Of a stretch of DNA of 64,000 bases, positions 1 to 10,558 are shown one piece after another. The DNA is from Azolla caroliniana. Lineage: Eukaryota; Plantae; Polypodiophyta. The first letter of the stretch is position 1. Each line of letters opens with the position of its first letter. The DNA lies in NCBI GenBank assembly GCA_043228905.1, contig JBHGNT010000022.1:8184001-8248000 (forward strand), given 5' to 3'. The position numbers and the translations under genes were made by a program. Under the pieces are notes generated by a model. That model did no database searches and had not been told where the DNA came from. It saw only the letters and a list, made by a program, of their open reading frames with translations.

Positions 1-752
1 CTCTCTGTAGCCGGATACTTCTCATCTGGTTTCGGCCTCGGCCGAGTTTGCTCATCAACACTGTTCTTCTCCCTTCCCATCCGGAGGAACCTGTCTCCCA
101 ACATACATTTCTCTGACTTCCGGTTGAGCTTCTGCCATTTTTCATTTGGGATGTGAACATACGCAATACTTCTCTGAGTTGCAAAAGGACGGACTTCCTT
201 CCAACAAAGATCGTGTATGGAGTTAGCTCATTCACTCCATTAGTGGTGCACTGATTCATGAGATAGACGGAAGTGGAAGCCACTTTGGCCAAATAGAAAT
301 TCGGCATGTGCTTCTCATGCAACATGGCATGTACTACCTTGAGTATGCCCCAATTCTTTCTTTCGGCTACTCCATTTTTTGGGTGTGTGTCGGCATGAGA
401 ATTCTCTACGTATGCCTTCACATTGAAAGTAGGCGATGATTCGTCGGAGCAGTACTCCTTTCCTCCATCCGCTCGTAGGCATTGAATATGCCGACACGTT
501 TCTTTCTCCAATTGGCTCTTGAGATTTTGGAAGTGGGAGAGCACTTCACTCTTCTTCTTCATCGGGAAGATCCATGTGTAGGTTAAGTAGTCGTTGATGA
601 AGGTGACCTAATAACGACATCCTCCGATTGTTGACATTTTAGTTGGTCCCCATACATTTGACTGGATTAAGTCAAGGAGGCGTTTACTTATGTAGCTCTC
701 CTTTGGAAAGGAGAGTCGATGTTGTTTGCCGAGTTGACATGCTTCACACACT
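1..752 (-). pseudogene. Degenerate Ty1/Copia GAG-pre-integrase/integrase fragment
   Basis: Minus-strand peptides CEACQLGKQ, TIGGCRY*VTFIND, MKKKSEV, EGIRREFSCRHTP and MLHEKHMPNFY, broken by stops and frameshifts. They are homologous to the Copia integrase at 22000-22700. Confidence 0.85.
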
Positions 753-1274
753 TGGTCGACTTGCTTCTTTGGCTAAATTTTCCTTTCTTATTTCTGGTTC
801 TAGTTCCTTGGCCGATTTATCTCTTTCTATCATTGTGTGTACCAACGTTGTGGCTTTTGTGGTAGCGTTAGCTACCGACTCCACTCCCAATTTGGGTTCG
901 ACCTGTGTTGATGTCGCCATTACCAACGTTGTTGTGCCCATTTCCTAGTTTTTAGTTTTCGTGGCCTGCACCGGATCTAGTTGTGTCGTAACCGTGTCCG
1001 GCCTTATTGCTCCCAGCTCCGGAATTGAACATGCCATTTCCAACACCATTGTCTCCCCTCGGCCTGCCCCAACTTCTACCGCCTATGTTTTCCTAGCCAT
1101 GCACAATTCTTCCTCAAACTTCTTCGTGCGCTAATTGGCCTCCGTTCCATGCCTTGGCTACATAATCAACCACTTTTCGGAGACTAATATTTCTATCTTC
1201 CATATCCTTGGCTGCCCGGTGCACCTTTGAAAATTCTTTGGACATCTCGACTATGGAGATATCTATTGTGGAAG

Positions 1275-1855
1275 TGTTAAAATAACAATATATAACCAAA
1301 AATAATGCTATTAGATAGAGTAAGAAGGAGAGAGAAAACAACACCAGAATTTATTGAGGTTTACCCAATTAAATCTATGTCCTCCAAAGTAGCATGCTCT
1401 ATTAAGGTTGGAGAGAAGAATACAAAATTGAGGATGTAAAAACTAAGAGGAAGAGGAACGTATTTATAACTCCCAAACCACCTCCCCAAACTATGTGGGA
1501 TAAAGAATGGGCCAAAAAGTTAACAAACCTCCACCTTGGCACAATCTCTAATCCTTCCAAATACAAATCTTCTCAAGCAAACAAATAATAAAACAATCTA
1601 CTTTCAAATTTGCATCATGAGGCACCAACTTTAAATGTGTTGGATATTAACCAAGTCTAAAAAATGTTCAAACTTGGCCCTTGTAACCACTTTGGTCAGC
1701 ATATCTGCAGGATTCACCTTACTATCAATCTTCTGGAGAAGTATCTTAACTCTTCTAGAAATTCTGACACAAAGTGATAGCAAACATCAATGTGCTTCGT
1801 CCGTGAGTGACCGACTTGGTTCTTTGCTAAATGAATAACACTCTGACTATCAGAA
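1275..1855 (-). mobile_element. 3' remnant of a Copia element: RNase H C-terminus, PPT and 3' LTR (1275-1525)
   Basis: Minus strand reads SDSQSVIHLAK..TKHIDV..KIDSKVNPADMLTKVV. PPT-like AAGGTGGAGG precedes a 251-bp segment bounded by TGTTAA...TTAACA. Cut at 1856 by the next LTR. Confidence 0.75.
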
Positions 1856-2447
1856 TGTTGGGAATTCGGTCCCTCCTGATGGGATCCGGATGAGAACCGA
1901 AGGAGTCGGATCGGACGACCCGGATTAAGAAGCCAGATTCGGAAGGGTTTCGGATAAGATCCGAAAACCGGAACCAGTGAATCCGGTGCGAAACGGATCC
2001 AAGGACATATATTGTAAATATGTTAGAGTAAGCCCATTAAGACTATATTTGTAAATAGCCTAAAAGTCATATAAGTATAAATATGACTTAGGGCAATCAC
2101 TTTATTGAGAGTTGTAGAGGGTTGTTGTTATTTTGTTGTATATATAGAGAGAGAGTAGCTATGAGCACTTTCTGTTGTAACCGCCGTTTGGCGAAGATCG
2201 CGAGCATGAGGTCATTGCCTCTATATTTCCACTTTGTATTTCCTCTCATATTGTGATAGTTTGGAGTCCGTGGGCTCCCGTGGCTTTTTCCCGATTAGGG
2301 TTTTCCACGTAAACACCATGTGTTCTCTATCGTTGATTTGTGTACGTGCATTCATCATACCTATTTCCCATTTCTATGTTGGGTCCTTCATAGAGTGATT
2401 TGAGACTCGGTTGTGGCCGAGCAATACTTCCACGCTAGTTCCTATCA
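1856..2447 (+). repeat. 5' LTR of the Tnt1-like Copia
   Basis: TGTTGG...CTATCA, TATA-like TATAAAT near 2077, directly followed by the PBS; homologous to the solo LTR at 2572-3312. Confidence 0.85.
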
Positions 2448-2450
2448 ATC

Positions 2451-2462
2451 TGGTATTAGAGC
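2451..2462 (+). promoter_or_regulatory. Primer binding site (initiator tRNA-Met type)
   Basis: TGGTATTAGAGC, one mismatch from the canonical TGGTATCAGAGC, 3 nt after the LTR end. Confidence 0.85.
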
Positions 2463-2571
2463 GAACAACACAGGAAATGGAAGAGTCGTTCGGCGGCATG
2501 TTCAAGTTTGCGGGCTCCAAATACTCAATGTGGAAGTCGAAGATGAGGGATATGTTCGTGGTTAAAGATCT

Positions 2572-3312
2572 TGTTGGGATTCCGGTCCCTCCGGATGGGA
2601 TGTCCGGAGATGAATGACGGCAAGCCCTGTTACGGTTACGGAACCAGAGGATGAAGAGTACCCTGTTACGGTTACGGAACCAGAGGATGAAGAGTACCCT
2701 GTTACGGTTACGGAACCAGAGGATGAAGAGTACCCGTTTACGGTTACGGAACCAGAGGATGAAGAGTACCCGGCATGAAGCCGGATGAAGAGTACCCGGT
2801 TACGGAACCGGATGAAGATACAGGCCCGGTGAGAGTACTCACCGGATGCGGGGACATATTTGTGAATATGTTTTCAAGAGCCCTTTGAGGCTATATTTGT
2901 AAATAGCCCGAAAGTCATATGTGTATAAATATGATTTAGGGCAAATAGTAGTTGTGGTTGCTGAATGTTGTTGCCTGTTGTGGATTGCCACTCTTATGTG
3001 TGCAAGAGTGAAGAGAGCAGCAGAGAGAGAGAGAGAGAGAGAGAGAGACGAAGAGGTCGTTGCCTCTGTGTATTACCGCCGCCTGTGGCGAAGACAGTGA
3101 GCTCAAGGTTGTTGCCTTGTAGCTTCACCATTGTACATCCATGTTTATAGCGATAGTTGGAGTCTGAGGACTCCCGTGGTTTTTCCCATTTAGGGTTTTC
3201 CACGTAAAACATCCTGTGTACTCTTCTCTCTATTGTCTTCGTGCATTTTGTATTTCCTGTTTTCTAGGAGTTGATCCTATTCCTCGGTTGTGGCCGAACT
3301 CTGTGTTTAACA
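2572..3312 (+). mobile_element. Solo LTR of a related Copia family, 5-bp TSD GATCT
   Basis: TGTTG...TAACA flanked by GATCT at 2567-2571 and 3313-3317; shares blocks with LTR 1856-2447. Confidence 0.92.
2625..2768 (+). repeat. 36-bp tandem repeat x4 in U3 of the solo LTR
   Basis: CCCTGTTACGGTTACGGAACCAGAGGATGAAGAGTA at 2625, 2661, 2697 and 2733 (last copy variant), with degenerate pieces to about 2820. Confidence 0.92.
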
Positions 3313-3728
3313 GATCTTTGGTTGCAGGTACAGTTCGGGGACAAGAAACCACATAAGATCGATGCCGCAACATGGGAGTTGATGCACATGAAGACAACGG
3401 CGTACATCCGGTGCTTCATCGACATGAGCTTGTACAACAACTTCAATGAAGAAAGTAAGGCTCATGAACTCTGGGAGAAGATCGACATCATGTTCCAGAA
3501 CAAAAATGTCGTTAATCGGGTTTCGGTATTCCGGAAGTTAGTGAGGCTTCGGTACCAAGACGGCTCCAGTATGGCGGAGCACATGAATGCCTTCCAGGGG
3601 CTAATACACCAAGCCACCTCGTTGGAAGTACCTCTCACGGATGGGGTACTCACATTGCTCTTGCTCGGTTCCCTCCCGAATAGTTGGGAGACGTTAGTTG
3701 TCAAGTTGGGCAACGTCGAGCTGGAAGG

Positions 3729-4154
3729 TGTCATGATATGGCAAGACTCGAACCCATGACCTTATGCTACATGGGTCGAGCTCTTACCATTAGACTATGA
3801 ATTGTATTTTGTAGGATATTATTTTCATTTATGCTTTATCATAGAAAATTGATGTATATTCCAGATCTCTCTGGAACATTCTAGAAGCTTCAGGATTATT
3901 CCTAAAAACACTATAAAAGAAGGCACAAGGCATTGTTTTGAACCAAATTGGTTCAACACCAGTCTTAAGCCTCTTAGTCGATTTGTACTTATCTTTCATA
4001 TAATATAAGAGCTGTTGTCATCATCCTATTTCCCTCTCCCTCCTCTTCTCACTTCCTCTCTCTCGGGAATCTTACGCAGTCCCGTCCTCTTAGTACTAAT
4101 AGTACTACTCTTCTTAGTACTAATTCCATCTTTGTTTTAGTACTATTCCTGACA
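3729..4154 (+). repeat. 5' LTR, chromovirus copy 1
   Basis: TGTCA...TGACA, TATA at 3912, direct repeat of 8962-9387. Confidence 0.96.
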
Positions 4155-4156
4155 GT

Positions 4157-4168
4157 TTGAACCAATTT
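4157..4168 (+). promoter_or_regulatory. Non-tRNA (self-priming type) PBS
   Basis: TTGAACCAATTT is the reverse complement of LTR 3945-3956 (AAATTGGTTCAA); no TGG-starting tRNA PBS is present. Confidence 0.75.
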
Positions 4169-4223
4169 TTTCCTCTAGCCTACTTGTCACTCTCCCTCAT
4201 CCTCCTACCCTTTCCCCTATACT

Positions 4224-5381
4224 ATGGCTACTGTTAGCGCCCAAGAATACCAATCCGTTTTCTCTGAGCTACAGTGCCTAAAAGAAAAGTTTGTTGCCTT
4301 GGAACAAGAAAACCAACGGCTGATAGGGGATCTGCAACAAATCGCTCTAGAAAAACAACAAACGCAACAACAACATGGGGAGTTAGCGTTACGGGTACAA
4401 CAACTCGAAGCAGCGTTGCAACAACAAGGATCCAGTCCCCAAGGATTTCATAAAGAGCCCAAGATTGGACTTCCTGTGAAATTTGATGGAACGCGTTCGC
4501 AATTTCGGGGATTCCTTAATCAGGTACGCTTAGTCATCCAGATGCATCCTTCCCGATATCCCACTGATGCATCTCGAGTCGGCCTAATAGGCACGCTACT
4601 TAGCGGCTCAGCCTTGGCATGGTTCGCTCCGCTTCTAGAAAAACAATCGCCCTTGCTTAATAACTTTGAAGATTTTATTGGTGAGTTTAAAGCCTGCTTT
4701 GGAGACACCGACAGCATCAGGACGGCGATCAACAAGATCCGGCGATTGCGTCAAGGCGATCGTCCAGCCTCTGCCTACGCGGCGGATTTCCGCCTACTTG
4801 CTTCAGATATACCCTGGGATGATCAAGCACTAATGGAGCAGTTTCGCTATGGCTTGCGAAACGATGTCAAAGATCTACTTCTAACTTTCCCCAAAGAACC
4901 AAAGTCTCTTACGGAGGCAATCAGTCGAGCAGTTCGATGTGACAACCGCCTTTTTGAACGGCGTTCAGAACGTCAATTACAGATACCACGCTCTAGGCCA
5001 GAGCCCACTTACGCCGCAGTCGCGGCTAAACCGTTTGCACGAGACATACCTCAAGCAAATACTTCGACACCGATGGAGATCGATACCATGCGTCGACGCG
5101 GCCCGTTATCGGAAGAAGAAAAGCAACGACGACGTGCCAATCGATTATGCCTTTATTGCGGTGGACCAGGACATATCACCATCAATTGTCCCCATAGGCC
5201 AAGAAGACAGGTAAATCAAATCGTCGCCTGTACTAAACCTGAGTCAATTCTTCCCTTCGGAGTGTCTGATAGTAGTAATAGTACTAATAGAGTGTCAGAT
5301 AGTATTCATAGTACTAATAGCCCAAGTATCTCAAATAAATTTGAAATCCTTAGTCAATTAGATGAAGAGTTAAACGATTGA
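4224..5381 (+). CDS. gag: Chromovirus Gag (PEG10/Ty3-like capsid, CCHC zinc knuckle)
   Basis: Intact 385-aa ORF with P.KFDG.R..FRGFLNQ, LRQG..PAS.YAADF, PMEID and CLYCGGPGHITINC. Confidence 0.93.
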   Translation: MATVSAQEYQSVFSELQCLKEKFVALEQENQRLIGDLQQIALEKQQTQQQHGELALRVQQLEAALQQQGSSPQGFHKEPKIGLPVKFDGTRSQFRGFLNQVRLVIQMHPSRYPTDASRVGLIGTLLSGSALAWFAPLLEKQSPLLNNFEDFIGEFKACFGDTDSIRTAINKIRRLRQGDRPASAYAADFRLLASDIPWDDQALMEQFRYGLRNDVKDLLLTFPKEPKSLTEAISRAVRCDNRLFERRSERQLQIPRSRPEPTYAAVAAKPFARDIPQANTSTPMEIDTMRRRGPLSEEEKQRRRANRLCLYCGGPGHITINCPHRPRRQVNQIVACTKPESILPFGVSDSSNSTNRVSDSIHSTNSPSISNKFEILSQLDEELND

Positions 5382-8300
5382 GTCCAACCAAAATAGGAGC
5401 CATTTGGTTGGACAGCAGCCCTAGATCTGTACAGCCCATTAGTGGTTCCATTCCTTCCAAGAAAGTTAGCAATGTGTTCCTAGCCCAAGTCATTGTTAGT
5501 ACTAAAAGTACTCCCCCAGTACCCGTCCTAGCACTTTTAGATTCCGGAGCTAATTCCTGTTTCATGGATCGAAATTTTGCCCAAGCTTCTCAGATATCCT
5601 TAAGAAAACATCCTTGTCCCGCATCTGTAGTGGTCATTGATGGTCGTCCCATTGCTTCCGGGAATATTGTAGAAGAATCAGAACCCATTCAAGTTGTCCT
5701 AGGTAGTTTTGTGTGTATAATATCATTTAATATAATTAGTAGTCCAGAGCATCCCATTGTCCTAGGATTACCTTGGCTTGAATTACATAATCCAGCCATA
5801 GATTGGAGAACAAGAGAAGTCTGATATCGACCACCCCAAGAATCAACTCGCCGAGTTTCGACCATTTCACTCCATCAACTACGCGAAGAAGGACCCAAGG
5901 AGGCAATGTTCCTATTTTCCATATCAGTACATCCTTCCAGCACTATTAAGAAGGACTCCTCAGTACAACTTCCGCCAAAATATCATCCTTATGCCGATGT
6001 ATTTGACAAGGTAAAAGCCGGTACCCATCCTCATCACCGTCCCTATGACTGTCCCATCGATTTACAACCAGGAACCGAGCCACCATGGGGACCAATTTAC
6101 AACCTGTCACCCACCGAGTTAGAAGTCCTTCGAGCCTACATAGAGGAGAACTTGGCAAGCGGGTTCATCCGTCATTCGAAATCTCCAGCCGGTGCACCCA
6201 TCTTCTTTGTCAAGAAGAAAGATGGCTCACTTCGTCTTGTCGTTGATTACCGCGGATTAAATAAAGTCACCATCCGGAATAGGTATGCACTTCCTCTTAT
6301 ATCAAGTCTTTTAGAGCGAGTTAATGGTGCCAAGTTTTTTACTAAAATCGACCTACGCGGAGCGTATAATCTCGTGCGGATCCGACCGGGAGATGAGTGG
6401 AAGACCGCTTTTCGCACGCGGTATGGGCATTTCGAGTATATTGTTATGCCGTTTGGCCTAACCAATGCACCCGCAGTCTTCCAACACATGGCAAATGATA
6501 TATTCAGAGACCTCTTGGATATCTATTTGATCATTTATCTGGATGATCTGTTGATTTATTCGAAGACCCAGGAAGAGCACGATTCTCATGTACTATTAGT
6601 ACTAAAGCGACTCTGCGAGAATGGTCTTTATGCCAAGCTAGAAAAATGTAGCTTTGACTGCAAGCAAGTGGAATTTCTAGGCTACGTCATCTCCTCAAAG
6701 GGCATCGCCATGGATCCAGCTAAGATCCAAACTGTACTAGAGTGGCAAATTCCACGGTCGGTACGAGATGTACAATGTTTTCTAGGTTTTGCTAACTTCT
6801 ACCGTAAGTTTATACAGGATTACTCGAAGATTATTTTACCTCTCACACAACTTACGAAGAAGGGCCAAGCATTTCTTTGGTCCATTGAAGCAGATATGGC
6901 TTTTCGGCATCTTAAGAAAGCCTTTACATCAGCACCGATTCTAGCTCATGTGGATACAAGCAAACCATTCATCATGGAGGCCGACGCATCAGATTTCGCC
7001 CTCGGTAACATCCTTTCTCAACAAGGTGATAAAGAAGAGTTGCATCCGGTGGCTTTCCATTCGCGCAAATTCGATGTCGCAGAAATCAACTACGAAATAC
7101 ATGACAAGGAGTTATTAGCCATCGTGGATTCATTTGTACAATGGCGGCATTTCTTAGAGGGCTCTCCACATCAGGTCATTGTCTTCAGCGATCATAAAAA
7201 TCTTGCTTATTTTCAGAACGCTCGCGTACTAAATCGACGGCAAGCTCGGTGAGCGCAATTCCTCACGCGTTTCGACTTCAAAATCACATTTCGACCGGGG
7301 AAGCAGCAAGGAAAAGCAGATGCACTATCACGACGTTCATATCTTGCACCTCGTCCTGGTGACGCAACATTTGATAATCAAAAGCAAGTAATCTTGGGAC
7401 CAACACGATTGCACACGACGCGGATTTTTCACACCCCGATGGATTGACGGATTACCGGTGACATACGTGCAACCTTGAAGATAGATAGTTTTGCTCAAGA
7501 CATCCTGGCGCACATTGATACTTCTCGGGCATCCTGTTCTCAGTCTCAACGACCAGGTATTGACTACCGACAATTCGAATATCATGATGGTTTGTTATTC
7601 TTTAAAAAGCGCGTATATGTCCCCGATTGCTCCTGTCGCCTTCAAATTGTCCAACATTGTCACGACACCCATACGGCGGGACATTTCGGTAGTACTAAGA
7701 CGTTGGAGCTAGTGCAGCGATCTTTTTGGTGGCCCCACATGCGCCGTTTTGTCGACGACTACGTTCGGACCTGTGATGCTTGCTGCCGAGCAAAGATGCC
7801 ACGACACCATCCATATGGCTTGTTGGAACCTTTACCAATTCCAAGTAAGCCATGGCAGTCTATTTGTCTTGATTTTATCACAGATCTGCCGGTCTCGAAA
7901 GGGTTCGATGCTATCCTAACCGTCGTCGATCGATATACGAAGATGGCACATTTTGTGCCATGTACTAAAGCCATCACTAGCGAGGAAACCGCCGCTCTTG
8001 TTATGCGTGAGGTTTTTCGGCATCATGGCCTCCCAGACAGTATTATCAGTGACCGAGGCCCGCAATTTGTCTCCAAATTTTGGCAGCATCTCTTCAAGAT
8101 GCTCAAGGTCTCCTGCAACCTCTCCTCCGACTACCATCCTCAGACCGACGGACAGGCGGAACGAACAAACCAAACGCTGGAGCAATATCTTCGGTGTTTC
8201 CTGAGTTATCAATAGGACGATTGGGCCGAGATTCTCCACTTTGCGGAGTTTGCGTATAATAATGCTATTCACTCCTCGACTCGGGTCTCCCCATTTTTCG

Positions 8301-8950
8301 CTTATACCGGTTTCCATCCTCTCTGGTCGGTGATCGACACTCCGGAGCTACCTACCAACCCTCGTGCCGAGGATCATTTGGAAAGGCTACGCAAGATCTA
8401 GATGGATCTCTCTACTCACCTTCGTCATGCTCAACACACACAGAAGACTTATGCGGATCGTCATCGGATTCCCTCCTCTTTTGCCATCGGAGATCGAGTA
8501 TGGCTCTTACATCGTCACATCAAGACTACTCGACCGTGCGACAAGTTGGATTATCGACGACTCGGTCCTTTCCGTATTACGGGGAAGATTAATGATGTCA
8601 CCTTCCGCCTTGATCTCCCTCCGCAGCTTCAGATACATCCGGTTTTCCATTGTTCTCTTCTTGAACCTTATAAAGCAAACACCATTCCCGATCGTGTGAC
8701 ACCACCGCCGCCCCCACTGGAGTTGGACGCCGGCCCGGAGTATGAAGTTGCTGCCATCCTCGATTCCAAACTTGTTCGCAACAAACTCTATTACTTGGTC
8801 GATTGGCTCGATTATAGTCCGAGCGAACGTACTTGGGAACCCGTCGAGAATGTTGCCAATGCACAAGATCTTCTTGCTGATTTCCACCGAAAGTATCCGG
8901 ACAAACCCGGTCCGCAATTAGCGCTGACTCGTTCCACTCGTCGTCTTTAA
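5378..8950 (+). pseudogene. pol: Chromovirus pol (PR-RT-RH-INT-chromodomain) with 5 in-frame stops
   Basis: LLDSGA, YLDD, EADASD, DFITDLP, SDRGPQF, GPF and EYEVAAILDSK..YLVDW..ERTWEP; stops near 5822, 7250, 7445, 8213 and 8399. Confidence 0.95.
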
Positions 8951-8961
8951 AGGGGAGATAG

Positions 8962-9387
8962 TGTCATGATATGGCAAGACTCGAACCCATGACCTTATGC
9001 TACATGGGTCGAGCTCTTACCATTAGACTATGAATTGTATTTTGTAGGATATTATTTTCATTTATGCTTTATCATAGAAAATTGATGTATATTCCAGATC
9101 TCTCTGGAACATTCTAGAAGCTTCAGGATTATTCCTAAAAACACTATAAAAGAAGGCACAAGGCATTGTTTTGAACCAAATTGGTTCAACACCAGTCTTA
9201 AGCCTCTTAGTCGATTTGTACTTATCTTTCATATAATATAAGAGCTGTTGTCATCATCCTATTTCCCTCTCCCTCCTCTTCTCACTTCCTCTCTCTCGGG
9301 AATCTTACGCAGTCCCGTCCTCTTAGTACTAATAGTACTACTCTTCTTAGTACTAATTCCATCTCTGTTTTAGTACTATTCCTAACA
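8962..9387 (+). repeat. 3' LTR, chromovirus copy 1
   Basis: Direct repeat of 3729-4154, preceded by the PPT. Confidence 0.96.
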
Positions 9388-10495
9388 GAAGGAAAGCAAT
9401 TGTCCCTAGCCAGGGTAAAATCAAGCTTGCTAGATGAAGAAGCTCGCCGAAAGGACTGGGAGTCCAGAACCGATCTGAAGGCCTTGGTTATAGAAGATGA
9501 CCACAACCGGGGAAGAGGTCGGTATCGGAGTCCCCGAAACCGAGACAAATCGGGGACGAGAGCGAAGTCAAGGGGGAGGCCTACTTGCTTCTAATGTGGG
9601 AAGTTGGGGCACTTCCAGAAGAACTGTCGGCATTTCCGGAAAGAGAAAGGAACCGACAGTGCCAATTCGAAGAAGGGTTCGGACCGGTGTCGTGAAGATT
9701 TTCGGCAACGGTATGAAAATTGTGTGCAACAAATGAAATCGAGAAGGTGCAATGTGCACGTGTGAAAGGGGTGAAGGCCACACGCATATGCTAGCATGTT
9801 GTAAATAGGACTGAAAGGAGAATCGTAAAAGAAAAGCTAGATGTAAAGTTAAGCATGTGCACGTGTGATGTGCGGTCAATTGTAAATATAAAAATAAGAC
9901 TAAAGCCTAATAACATTTAAGTGCATACATGGGTGGAAGCAAGGCTTGAACCTTGCACCTCCAAGATAGGAGACAAATTAACCTACCACTAAAGCCACTA
10001 CTAAGCGTTTTAAAATTTGTATATTTTCTTTTCATATTCAGTATTTTGTACGAAGCAAACATATAGAAACCGTGGGCACAAAACCATGGTTTGAGCTCGT
10101 GGTTTTAGCCCATGGTTTTAGCCCATGGGCTTGGCCCATGGTTTATGCATGGAGAGACCTATAAAAGCCTATAGTTGGGCTTGTGTAAGGGGGGAGGTGA
10201 TGTAAGTAAAAAAGAAACTTAATCAAAGATTTGAGTTATCCTAATGGTGATGTATCTTGTCTCGAAAAACTAAAGTCAAGGGTTCAATCTCTCTCTCTCT
10301 CTCTCTTCATCCATCTATCTATCTTCAATACTTTCTCGCTTACGCTACTAAAAACACACACTCTCTCTTCATCCATCTATCTATCTTCAATACTTTCTCG
10401 CTTACGCTGCTAAAAACATAGAATCTTTCCGGTCCAGGACCCCAGTGGTCCCGCTTCATTTCGCGAACACGCGAGGATTTCCTCGACATCTTACT

Positions 10496-10513
10496 TGGTG
10501 AACCCGACGTGAA
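10496..10513 (+). promoter_or_regulatory. PBS complementary to tRNA-Trp
   Basis: TGGTGAACCCGACGTGAA matches the recalled plant tRNA-Trp 3' end (..TTCACGTCGGGTTCACCA); identical at 36293. Confidence 0.85.
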
Positions 10514-10558
10514 GAAGCGGTAGGAAGGATCAAGACGAGGATCGACCAATACTTGGAG

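Larger units (their letters stand above)
3729..9387 (+). mobile_element. Ty3/Gypsy chromovirus (Tcn1-like), copy 1, structurally complete, TSD GAAGG
   Basis: 426-bp LTRs at 3729-4154 and 8962-9387 (2 mismatches by eye); TSD at 3724-3728 and 9388-9392; order gag-PR-RT-RH-INT-chromodomain; PPT AAAGGGGAGATAG. Confidence 0.96.
1856..9687 (+). mobile_element. Tnt1/Tork-like Copia, 5' portion only (LTR, PBS, gag), interrupted by three insertions
   Basis: TG...CA LTR at 1856-2447 and PBS TGGTATTAGAGC. Gag reads through once the 2572-3312 and 3729-9387 insertions are removed. Pol and the 3' LTR are not found after 9688. Confidence 0.88.
2477..9687 (+). pseudogene. gag: Copia gag split into 2477-2571, 3318-3728 and 9393-9687
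   Basis: MEESFGGMFKFAGSKYSMWKSKMRD..VKDL|WLQVQFGDKKP..LLLGSLPNSWETLV..ELEG|KQLSLARVKSSLLDEEARR..CF*CGKLGHFQKNC (zinc knuckle). Confidence 0.88.

Noticed and set aside
3735-3805. Functional tRNA gene (also 9930-10005)
   Set aside because: A and B boxes are present but there is no pairing acceptor or anticodon stem; reported only as a tRNA-like promoter module.
4224-5381. Domesticated PEG10/RTL-like host gene
   Set aside because: It lies between LTRs with pol and a TSD; ordinary retrotransposon gag.
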